From: Candidatus Nanopelagicaceae bacterium
GTDB taxonomy: Bacteria > Actinomycetota > Actinomycetes > Nanopelagicales > Nanopelagicaceae
Reading direction: 5' to 3'
NCBI GenBank assembly: GCA_049459795.1
Contig: JBMUDS010000004.1
Span: 12,890 to 36,889, forward strand
DNA length: 24,000 nt
Made by a program: the position numbers and the translations under genes. Positions 1 to 7,888 of the stretch are shown piece after piece (position 1 is the stretch's first letter; the number at the start of each line of letters is the position of its first letter). The notes beneath the pieces were generated by a model. That model saw only the letters and a program-made list of their open reading frames with translations. It was not told the origin of the DNA and ran no database searches.

Positions 1-1071
1 GTCAGCAATGGAATAAGAAGAGACCAAGCCATCCTTTTCGCGATCCTCCGGAATGTGGGCTAGACCCGCCATATGAGCACGCTTAGGCTGCAGATTCGGT
101 AGTGGCTTTCCATCAACTAGGACTTGACCACTCATTCGAGCTCTCATCGAACAGATCGCTTCAACGAGTTCTCTCTGTCCATTTCCTTCGACGCCTGCAA
201 TCCCGAGAATCTCTCCAGAACGTACTTGTAAGGAGATTCCCTGTACGGCCTCCAATTTCCTGTCGTCCAAGACATGCAAATCTGTAATCTCCAGGGCAAC
301 GCTCTTCGGTGCAGCGACATCTTTTTGCACCTGGAGCACGACTTCTCTACCTACCATCATCTGAGCCAAGTCGGCCTCGTCGCTTTCCTTGGGAGTGGTG
401 GTGCCAGCTAGTTTTCCGCCCCGGAGAACGACAATTCGATCGGCTACGGCGATGACTTCCCGCAATTTATGAGTGATGAAGAGGATACCTACGCCACGAG
501 ATGCAAGATTTCGAAGCACCGTGAGTAACTCATCGGTCTCTTGCGGAGTCAAAACTGCCGTCGGTTCATCAAGGATCAGAAGGTCGACGTCCTTTCGCAA
601 CGCTTTAAGAATCTCCACGCGTTGAGCAGTTCCAACCGGGAGGTCTTCGACGATTGCGTCGGGATCCACCTCTAGTCCGTACTTTTCCACCAGGGAGATG
701 ACCTCATTGCGAGCACGCTTCATGCTGATGAAGCCTGCTCTTCGTGGCTCGTCACCAAGGATGATGTTCTCGGTCACACTCATCACTGGTACCAACTGAA
801 AATGCTGATGAACCATTCCGACGCCACGTTTGATGGCACTCGCTGTATCACCGAATTCGAGTGTCTCGCCCTTGATACGAATCTCACCGGAGTCTGGTCG
901 AACGAGACCGAAGACGGCCTTTACGAGAGTGGACTTTCCAGCGCCATTCTCACCAAGGAGAGCGACGATCTCACCGGCCTTGACATCAAGCGAGATAGAG
1001 TCGTTGGCTTTGACGGTGCCAAAGCTCTTAGTGATGTTCTTGATTTCCAGGAGTGAAGTCATGTCTTTCAT
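1..1071 (-). CDS. ABC transporter ATP-binding protein, tandem-ATPase type (nucleoside/sugar importer family); 3' end runs off the window
   Basis: My own translation of the minus strand from ATG at 1071 gives MKDMTSLLEIKNITKSFGTVKANDSISLDVKAGEIVALLGENGAGKSTL (Walker A), then LPVGTAQRVEILKAL (ABC signature-like) and LLILDEPTAVL (Walker B). A second ATPase domain then begins (LQVRSGEILGIAGVEGNGQ). The frame stays open to position 1 (357 codons). The start ATG overlaps the upstream permease stop as ATGA, with GGAG 5 nt upstream. This gene is missing from the supplied ORF track because no stop codon lies inside the window. Confidence 0.9.
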   Translation of the reverse strand, partial: MKDMTSLLEIKNITKSFGTVKANDSISLDVKAGEIVALLGENGAGKSTLVKAVFGLVRPDSGEIRIKGETLEFGDTASAIKRGVGMVHQHFQLVPVMSVTENIILGDEPRRAGFISMKRARNEVISLVEKYGLEVDPDAIVEDLPVGTAQRVEILKALRKDVDLLILDEPTAVLTPQETDELLTVLRNLASRGVGILFITHKLREVIAVADRIVVLRGGKLAGTTTPKESDEADLAQMMVGREVVLQVQKDVAAPKSVALEITDLHVLDDRKLEAVQGISLQVRSGEILGIAGVEGNGQRELVEAICSMRARMSGQVLVDGKPLPNLQPKRAHMAGLAHIPEDREKDGLVSSYSIAD

Positions 1072-2048
1072 GCTTTCTCCTTCTCGTATGGCTGTCCTTC
1101 AGCGGCTGGGGGCCTAACTTTGCCTGCAGCAACTGCAAGTACGACGATGGTAAGAACATAGGGGAGCATGTTGATGAATTGTTGAGGGATGTTGATCACT
1201 TCATCGATCATCAGCTGATTCGTAACCGCCTGGGCAAGGCCGAAGAAGATGGCAGCAGCAAATGCTCCAAGTGGGTTCCATCGTCCGAAGATCATGATTG
1301 CAAGGGCGGTGAAGCCTTTGCCTGCGGTAAAGCCTCGTTCGAAGATTCCGACCCACTCCAATGCCAAATAGGAACCAGCCAGTCCACCAACCGCACCGGC
1401 GATGGTCACATTGAGGTAGCGAAGCCTGGTTACCGATACGCCTGCAGTGTCTGCACTACTTGGATGCTCACCTACAGACCTGGAGCGGAGTCCCCAAGGA
1501 GTCTTATATAGCGCAAACCAAAGGGCAAAGATGAAGAAGATGCCGAAGTAGGTGATGGGTCCGTGGAAGTTGAGGATAGGGCCCACGACGGGGATGCCAG
1601 CAAGCCACGTGAGGTCGAATTGAGGGAGCGTCGTTGGAATGGAATAACCCTGGCGATAGAGGAAGGAGGTTAGGCCTGCTGCCAGAATATTGATGATGAC
1701 TCCTGCGATGATCTGATCCATCTTCCAAGTCACAGACATGAGAGCGAGTAGAAGTCCTACCACTACTCCAGTCAAGACACCCGCGATGAGTCCGACGACA
1801 GTGTCTTCGAAGATCGCGGCCACGAAGAAGGCGGTGAATGCGGAGACCAGCATCGTTCCTTCGATGCCAATGTTGACGATTCCTGTGCGTTCACAGAGGA
1901 CTCCCACCATGGCGGCCAGTGCAAGCGGAAGTGCTAAGGGAATAGCGCTGTAAACGACTGATGTAGTTACAAGATCATTCTGTGAGTAGAAATAGGCGAA
2001 GAGAGCAATCGAGAGAATAGTTACGATTTTTGAGGTTGAGAGTCGCAT
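1068..2048 (-). CDS. ABC transporter permease (BMP/nucleoside-type importer, second permease)
   Basis: 326-aa highly hydrophobic multi-pass protein. Its start overlaps the upstream permease stop (TAATG at 2046-2050) and its stop overlaps the ATPase start, so it is operonic with the SBP and ATPase. Confidence 0.85.
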   Translation of the reverse strand: MRLSTSKIVTILSIALFAYFYSQNDLVTTSVVYSAIPLALPLALAAMVGVLCERTGIVNIGIEGTMLVSAFTAFFVAAIFEDTVVGLIAGVLTGVVVGLLLALMSVTWKMDQIIAGVIINILAAGLTSFLYRQGYSIPTTLPQFDLTWLAGIPVVGPILNFHGPITYFGIFFIFALWFALYKTPWGLRSRSVGEHPSSADTAGVSVTRLRYLNVTIAGAVGGLAGSYLALEWVGIFERGFTAGKGFTALAIMIFGRWNPLGAFAAAIFFGLAQAVTNQLMIDEVINIPQQFINMLPYVLTIVVLAVAAGKVRPPAAEGQPYEKEKA

Positions 2049-3103
2049 TAGTTACCCCACCCGCTCGTCAAGGAGACACCGGACTCTTTTCGTCGAAGTA
2101 AACGCGCTAGAAGTGGAGCGCTGACGAAAAAGAGAATCATGGCCAAGAGCAAGTCAACGAGTTCTGGCGCGACACCTGCTTCGAATTGCATCGTTGATCC
2201 ACTTGCTCGCATGCCACCGATGAGGATCGCTGCCGGAATGACTCCCAATGGATTCGCTCGGGCGAGAAGTGCGACCGTGATCCCATCGAATCCGAGTCCA
2301 GCATTGAAAGCTGGCTCGAAACGACCAACGATACTTTGTGTCTCGATAGCTCCTGCGATTCCGGCGATTGCCCCGCCTGCAACCATTGCTGCGACGACAG
2401 TTAGTTTCACTGGGACGCCGGCATACCAGGCGGCGTTCTTGTTCTTTCCAACAGTTTCAATTCTGAAACCTGAGGTGGTGTTGCCAAGGAACCACCACAT
2501 TCCATAGGCGATTGCCACGGCGATGAAGAATCCGAATGGCAGTCCAAAGATGTCTGGGATTCGCGCCGTATCGGATATCGCAGGCGTTCTTGTCAGTGGC
2601 TGATCAGGTTCCTTAAATGGCCGGGATGCAAGAAAATCTGCGAGAGCGATCACAATGCTATTGAGCATGATTGTTGTGATGACTTCATGGACCCCGCGGT
2701 AGGCCTTGAGTGCCCCTGCAATGAATCCGACAAAAGCACCGAAGAATGCTCCGAAAAGAATGGCTACCGGAATGTGGATCAAAGTGGGTAGCTCAAGTGA
2801 GTAGCCGGCCCACGCTGAAGCCAAGGCACCGGATATGAGTTGACCTTGGGCGCCGATATTGAAAAGACCAGCACGTAATCCGATCGCAACTGCCAGGCCA
2901 CTAAGCACAAGTGGTGTCGCTTTGGCCAGAGTCGTTGCGATCCCGTCCCATGATCCGAAAGCAGTCGAGAAAAGCGCTGAATACGCAGTGAGAGGGTTGA
3001 TGCCCTGGACGTAAACCAGGATGGCTCCGAAGAAGAGCGCAACAACGATCGAAAGTAAGGGGACGGTAAAGGAACCTAGGTTTAATCGTGAAGTCCGCAC
3101 CAT
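2048..3103 (-). CDS. ABC transporter permease (BMP/nucleoside-type importer, first permease)
   Basis: 351-aa multi-pass membrane protein with GAGAAGG 5 nt upstream of the ATG at 3103. It is translationally coupled to the next permease. Confidence 0.85.
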   Translation of the reverse strand: MVRTSRLNLGSFTVPLLSIVVALFFGAILVYVQGINPLTAYSALFSTAFGSWDGIATTLAKATPLVLSGLAVAIGLRAGLFNIGAQGQLISGALASAWAGYSLELPTLIHIPVAILFGAFFGAFVGFIAGALKAYRGVHEVITTIMLNSIVIALADFLASRPFKEPDQPLTRTPAISDTARIPDIFGLPFGFFIAVAIAYGMWWFLGNTTSGFRIETVGKNKNAAWYAGVPVKLTVVAAMVAGGAIAGIAGAIETQSIVGRFEPAFNAGLGFDGITVALLARANPLGVIPAAILIGGMRASGSTMQFEAGVAPELVDLLLAMILFFVSAPLLARLLRRKESGVSLTSGWGN

Positions 3104-3170
3104 GTGTGCCTTCTCGCTCTCACGGTTTCGAAGAAAAGTTAAAGCCTTGAGTCCGAAAGAAGACTCTATG

Positions 3171-3210
3171 TCGAAAGGAGGAGGCGCCTTGTGACACCTC
3201 CTCCTTTCGA
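3171..3210 (-). terminator. Perfect 14-bp stem-loop between the SBP gene and the permease genes (partial terminator or mRNA-stabilising hairpin)
   Basis: tcgaaaggaggagg (3171-3184) pairs perfectly with cctcctcctttcga (3197-3210), with a 12-nt loop. It lies 34 nt downstream of the SBP stop on the minus strand and is followed by only an interrupted U-rich stretch. Confidence 0.5.
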
Positions 3211-3243
3211 TCCGCGATCAGGAATGACCGCATTTAGGTTTCG

Positions 3244-4275
3244 TTAGAGGGTGACTCCAGTTTTCACAGTACCTGCGAGAACTTTGGGAGTGATTGCCTT
3301 AACTTTCTTCTTCACCGAAGCAGGAATCTTCGACTTGAAAGCATGGTAAGGCGCCAAACCGACGTCACCAAAGACGTTTCCACCCTTGAAGCTGCCGTCC
3401 TTTGCCGACTTGATGATGTCACTTACACCCTTGTCAATGAGCTTCATCGCTGAGGTGACGAGACATGGTCGGGCTTCTGGCACGGTGTTCCACTGATCGG
3501 AGTCGACTCCAATGCAGTAAGCACCCTTCTTCTTCGCAATACGAAGAAGTGCTCCATTACCGGTGTTGCCACCAGCACCGAAGATCACGTCAAATCCTTG
3601 GGAGAGGAGTTGCTGTGCAGTTGCCGCACCCCAAGCAGGATCATTGAATGCATTGTCTGGAGCGTGATAGATCAAGCGAGTTGCTGGATATTTCTTCTTG
3701 AGCTCCTTAGCTGCATATGCAACACCATTTCGGTATCCCTCACCGAAGTAACGGACTGGTGGAACTGTGTCAGTTCCAAGCACTGCACCAGTCTTGCCAG
3801 TCTTGGTGAGATGACCAGCGAGATAGCCTGCAAGGAAGCCTGCCTTATCCTCAGGGAAGACCAAGCCTGCAAGGTTTGTTACTGCTGCACCTTGGAACTG
3901 GTCCACGCCGATGAACTTGACGTTGGGATATTGGTTTGCGGCAGTTGTGATGGCTTCTGCCATGAGGAAGCCGACGCCAATAACAATGTCGTATCCCTTA
4001 GTTGTGAACTGCGCGATGTTAGCGGCATAGTCTTTTGGATCGGTTGTTTCGATGTACTTCGCGAAACCACCAACTGCCTTTGCACCACGTTGAGCACCGG
4101 TCCATGCAGACTGGTTGAATGACTTGTCATCTACTTTTCCTGTGTCGGTGACAAGACCGATGCACATTACGGTGCCCTTTCCGCAATCTGCTTCTGTAGC
4201 TGCTTTCGAAGGTGCAGCAAAACCTAAGGTTGCAAGTGCAACTGCAGCCATTACAGCTGTAATGCGCTTGATCAT
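3244..4275 (-). CDS. BMP-family ABC transporter substrate-binding protein (PnrA/Med/NupN-like, probable nucleoside binding)
   Basis: Full-length resemblance to basic-membrane-protein family SBPs (LVTDTGKVDDKSFNQSAW..., GVGF, IGVDSDQ). I prefer the ATG at 4275 (MIKRITAVMAAVALATLGFAAPSKA signal peptide) because GAGAGGAGA lies directly upstream. The ORF-track start at 4338 adds 21 unlikely residues. Confidence 0.85.
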   Translation of the reverse strand: MIKRITAVMAAVALATLGFAAPSKAATEADCGKGTVMCIGLVTDTGKVDDKSFNQSAWTGAQRGAKAVGGFAKYIETTDPKDYAANIAQFTTKGYDIVIGVGFLMAEAITTAANQYPNVKFIGVDQFQGAAVTNLAGLVFPEDKAGFLAGYLAGHLTKTGKTGAVLGTDTVPPVRYFGEGYRNGVAYAAKELKKKYPATRLIYHAPDNAFNDPAWGAATAQQLLSQGFDVIFGAGGNTGNGALLRIAKKKGAYCIGVDSDQWNTVPEARPCLVTSAMKLIDKGVSDIIKSAKDGSFKGGNVFGDVGLAPYHAFKSKIPASVKKKVKAITPKVLAGTVKTGVTL

Positions 4276-4460
4276 GGATCTCCTCTCAAAGGTCCAAAAT
4301 TTCACTATGAAACTCAGGACTAACCGATCGATTAACAATCACGTTAGGGAAGGCTCCGGATGAACGGCGCGAATGATTGTGTGCGTGAATCCTAGGGTTG
4401 AGGGGTGAACTTTCTCATGCACGGCACATCACGGATTTATTACGGGAGCATATGAATTTT

Positions 4461-4485
4461 CTTAAGCCTCAACTAGAGGTTTAAG
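4461..4485 (-). terminator. Stem-loop 3 nt downstream of the topoisomerase gene stop (possible terminator, atypical)
   Basis: cttaagcctc / gaggtttaag form a 10-bp stem with one mismatch (A-C on the minus-strand RNA) and a 5-nt loop. No U-tract follows on the minus strand. Confidence 0.3.
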
Positions 4486-4488
4486 GCA

Positions 4489-6006
4489 CTATGCGACACA
4501 GCGAGTCCTTCGTGGCGTGGCGAATCGCCGCGCCAGTTCATCTAGCTCTACTGCGACTTGGGTGCGAATCGCCTCCTCGCTTCCGAGAAGTGCAATAAGA
4601 GCCTTGATCGCAGCTTTCAGCTCTGCTGATTCTTTGTCGAGTTCGATCTTGGAGACTTTGGTGAGTCGTCTGAGAGGCATGTCGAGAATGTAGGTCGCTT
4701 GATCGTCATCGAGCTTGAATGTCTTCATCAAGGATGATTTTGCGACCGTGGCATCTTCGCTACCACGGATGATCTTCACTACCTTGTCGATATCGACGAT
4801 CGCTTTGAGAAGACCTTCGACCAACTTAAGGCGTTCCTCTGATTTTCGCTTGCGAAACTCGGAGCGACGTCGGACTACCTCGATGCGATGATCGATGAAG
4901 ACCTGAAGCAATTCCTTCAATCCTAAGGTTCTGGGTTTGCCATCGACCAGTGCGACGGCATTGATTGCGAATTGATCTTCAAGTGGTGAGAGTTTGTAAA
5001 GCTGTTCTAGGACTTTCTCTGGTTCATAACCATTCTTGATCTCGATCACGACGCGAGTGCCATTTTGGCCGTCGGATAGGTCGATGATGTCCGAGATCCC
5101 TTGCACTTTCTTCGACTTCACAAGCGCCGAGATCTTCTCGACGACTTTCTCGGGACCGATGGTGAAAGGGAGCTCCGTGATGGTGAGTCCTTGTTTCCTG
5201 CTAGTCACCTTTCCGATCTCGACTGTGGCTCGAATCTGGAACGAACCTTTACCGCTCGCATAGGCTTCGGCTACACCATCCAGTCCATGGAGTTCACCGC
5301 CGGTCGGGAAGTCTGGACCTGGAACGAATTTCATCAACTGCTTGAGGGTCGCCTTTGGATTCTCGATCAAGAACCGAGTCGCCGCGATCACTTCGCCGAG
5401 ATTATGTGGCGCCATGTTGGTCGCCATACCGACTGCGATACCACTACCGCCATTGACCAAGAGATTCGGGAAGGCCGCTGGGAGCACCAAGGGTTCAAGA
5501 AGTTGACCGTCGTAATTCGCTCCGAAATCGACGGTCTCCTCATCCGCCTCATCGACCATCGCCATCGCAGCTGGTGCAAGTTTCGCTTCGGTGTAACGCA
5601 TCGCAGCTGGCCCAGCATCGAGCGAACCGAAATTCCCATGTCCATCGATCAACGGCAATCGCATCGAGAAGTTCTGTGCCATTCGTACAAGTGCGTCGTA
5701 GATCGCACCATCACCATGAGGATGGAGCTTTCCCATCACTTCACCGACCACGCGAGCGCTTTTTACATGGCCACGATCTGGTCGAAGTCCCATCTCCACC
5801 ATTTGATGCAAGATCCTTCGATGCACCGGTTTTAATCCATCACGCGCATCAGGAAGGGCGCGGGAATAGATGACTGAGTAGGCATACTCCAAGAAAGACT
5901 CAGACATTTCGGAGGAGACATCGATGTCGATGACTCTGCCGGCATCTTCGCCAGGCTTCGGACCTTGAATCTTGGATTTAGTTGCTGTCGTCGACTTCTT
6001 CGGCAC
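4489..6006 (-). CDS. Type IIA DNA topoisomerase subunit A (GyrA/ParC family), N-terminal breakage-reunion domain only; no C-terminal beta-pinwheel domain
   Basis: Family motifs are present: RALPDARDGLKPVHRRIL, HPHGDGAIYDALVRMAQ (QRDR-equivalent) and the catalytic Tyr in AAMRYTEAKL (Y138, codon 5593-5595), followed by the tower and coiled-coil regions. The protein ends at ...FATPRRTRCVA*, which matches the conserved RRT motif at the NTD/CTD junction. It has a GTG start. It is not next to gyrB/parE or dnaA-region genes. Confidence 0.85.
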   Translation of the reverse strand: MPKKSTTATKSKIQGPKPGEDAGRVIDIDVSSEMSESFLEYAYSVIYSRALPDARDGLKPVHRRILHQMVEMGLRPDRGHVKSARVVGEVMGKLHPHGDGAIYDALVRMAQNFSMRLPLIDGHGNFGSLDAGPAAMRYTEAKLAPAAMAMVDEADEETVDFGANYDGQLLEPLVLPAAFPNLLVNGGSGIAVGMATNMAPHNLGEVIAATRFLIENPKATLKQLMKFVPGPDFPTGGELHGLDGVAEAYASGKGSFQIRATVEIGKVTSRKQGLTITELPFTIGPEKVVEKISALVKSKKVQGISDIIDLSDGQNGTRVVIEIKNGYEPEKVLEQLYKLSPLEDQFAINAVALVDGKPRTLGLKELLQVFIDHRIEVVRRRSEFRKRKSEERLKLVEGLLKAIVDIDKVVKIIRGSEDATVAKSSLMKTFKLDDDQATYILDMPLRRLTKVSKIELDKESAELKAAIKALIALLGSEEAIRTQVAVELDELARRFATPRRTRCVA

Positions 6007-6036
6007 GGGGTGGATTCTGCCCTGGACTAGTGGCGA

Positions 6037-6969
6037 TTATGGGGATTTAGGTGGGCGGGCGCCGATAAGTTCGACACATCGCCCTGCGATCAGATTTCCA
6101 TTCTGAAGTGCTCGCGGCAGGTCACGATCCTTGATCCATGAGGCAATGAAACCCGCAGCGAAACTATCGCCAGCGCCGGTACTGTCGATGGGTTGGCGGC
6201 GCTCCTGTTTGTCCTCGGAGATGACACCAGAGGCGGAGTCGAAAGCCAGGGATCCCAAATCATTCCGCTTGATCACGATAGTAGATGCCAGTGGAGCAAG
6301 TTTTTCAAAGACCTGGTCGAGTTCATGTGAATGATCTTCCGCCAGATAACGTGCCTCCGATTCATTAAGCAGCATGACATCGCTTCGTGGCAATACTTTT
6401 AGGATCGTCTCACGATCTGCGAATGTAGACATCGTTCCTACCGATGCAGGATCGAAGAACGATGGAATCCCAGCGTCACGAAGGTGCGCGAATATCTCCA
6501 AGACTCCCTGGTGTGATCTCTTATTGAAGAGTGCATATCCGGAGATGTAGGCGGCCGAATAACCCTCGAGCGGTGGAAGGTCTCTGGCAGTCAGTCCCGC
6601 ATTAGCCCCTGAATCCGGGAACATGGTCCGTTCGCCACTCCTGTCGACGAGGACCACGACCGTTCCTGTAGATAGGTCTTTCACATCGCGACGATGGCAA
6701 TGGACTCCGAGCCCTTCAAGTTCATCGACCAGGGCGAGACCTACGGAGTCATTTCCAATCCGGCAGACCAGCTCCGGTTGAGCATCCGATGTCGCCAGCC
6801 ATGCCGCCACGTTCGCTGCGGCACCGCCGCCAGCCGTCACCACTTTGGATGGAGTATCGCTTCCATAGAGAAGTGTGGAGAAACCATCTCGACCACCATC
6901 GATATCGAGTTTCACGATGACATCGAGCGCGATATCACCAATGCAGAGCACGCGGTGGTTTTGTGTCAT
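6037..6969 (-). CDS. psuK: PfkB-family carbohydrate/nucleoside kinase, probable pseudouridine kinase
   Basis: PfkB signatures GGGAAN and DSTGAGDSFAAGF are present. It starts 2 nt after the psuG stop, matching the psuG-psuK pairing known from E. coli yeiN-yeiC. Substrate assignment is by context only. Confidence 0.65.
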   Translation of the reverse strand: MTQNHRVLCIGDIALDVIVKLDIDGGRDGFSTLLYGSDTPSKVVTAGGGAAANVAAWLATSDAQPELVCRIGNDSVGLALVDELEGLGVHCHRRDVKDLSTGTVVVLVDRSGERTMFPDSGANAGLTARDLPPLEGYSAAYISGYALFNKRSHQGVLEIFAHLRDAGIPSFFDPASVGTMSTFADRETILKVLPRSDVMLLNESEARYLAEDHSHELDQVFEKLAPLASTIVIKRNDLGSLAFDSASGVISEDKQERRQPIDSTGAGDSFAAGFIASWIKDRDLPRALQNGNLIAGRCVELIGARPPKSP

Positions 6970-6971
6970 TG

Positions 6972-7868
6972 TCAGTTACTCATCTTGCTATAACTGACGG
7001 CTATTCGGGCAGCAAGTCGTGCATTCTCCTTGATGATCAGAGTGTTGACCCGTAACGATTCGCCGTTACTGTTCCTGTGGAAGTACTCCAATAGAAAAGG
7101 TGTCACGCCCTTGCCGACGACGCCCTGGATCTCTGCCGCAGCGAGCCCCTTCTCCAAGAGATCATCATGGAGCTTGCGATCCATAGGTTCTGAAACAGGT
7201 TGGGCGACGATGAGGGCTGCGGCATGAGTGCGGCTGCACATGACATCTGCGATCGCTTCACCGCTCTCGAGACGATATTCCAACGGATACCCACTGTCTT
7301 GAAGGTAAAAACCTGGGAATCGGTCGGTCTGATAGCCAACGAGCGAGATGCCTAGAGTTTCAAGACGCTCGAGTGTTGCAGCGATATCGAGGATCGACTT
7401 CACTCCAGCGCAGACAACTGTGATCGGAGTCTGAGCAAGTTGCGTGAGGTCAGCCGATTCATCGAAACTTGTCGCGGCGCCTCGATGCACTCCGCCGAGA
7501 CCACCCGTGGCAAAAGTCGAGATCCCAGCCTTCCAGGCAAGGTATGAGGTCGATGCGACAGTTGTCGCTGCTGACTTCTTGGATGCGATCAACATTGGCA
7601 AATCGCGCGTGGATGCTTTCGTGATGTCATCACGTTCCGATAGCTCGATGAGTTGTCGATCACTCAATCCGATATGCACTCGGCCATCGAGGATTGCGAT
7701 CGTTGCGGGAACCGCTCCTTCCTCCCTGACGATCGATTCCACTTCTCGGGCGACATGCAAGTTGCTTGGACGAGGAAGACCGTGAGCGATGATCGTTGAT
7801 TCGAGTGCGACGACGGGCCTCCCTTCGCTGAGGGCGGCTTGGACTTCCGTCGAATTGATGAGATCCAT
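6972..7868 (-). CDS. psuG: Pseudouridine-5'-phosphate glycosidase
   Basis: The 298-aa protein has the typical N-terminus (VQAALSEGRPVVALESTIIAHGLPRP), ATIAILDGRVHIGL and TGGLGGVHRG, matching the PsuG/YeiN (indigoidine synthase A-like) family. Confidence 0.88.
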   Translation of the reverse strand: MDLINSTEVQAALSEGRPVVALESTIIAHGLPRPSNLHVAREVESIVREEGAVPATIAILDGRVHIGLSDRQLIELSERDDITKASTRDLPMLIASKKSAATTVASTSYLAWKAGISTFATGGLGGVHRGAATSFDESADLTQLAQTPITVVCAGVKSILDIAATLERLETLGISLVGYQTDRFPGFYLQDSGYPLEYRLESGEAIADVMCSRTHAAALIVAQPVSEPMDRKLHDDLLEKGLAAAEIQGVVGKGVTPFLLEYFHRNSNGESLRVNTLIIKENARLAARIAVSYSKMSN

Positions 7869-7888
7869 GGGTTTGAGTCTTCCATGAG

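Noticed and set aside
802-1511. Plus-strand ORFs 802..1056, 830..1117 and 1053..1511
   Set aside because: They lie antisense to the clearly homologous ABC ATPase and permease genes and have no recognisable motifs. They are typical shadow ORFs of moderately GC-rich coding DNA.
4276-4488. Possible riboswitch, tRNA or small RNA in the 213-bp region upstream of the SBP gene
   Set aside because: I could not recognise purine, 2'-dG, ZTP, PRPP or other riboswitch cores, nor a tRNA cloverleaf or T-loop (GTTCGAATC-like) motif. The region probably holds just the promoter and 5' UTR. A covariance-model scan (Rfam) would be needed to exclude this properly.
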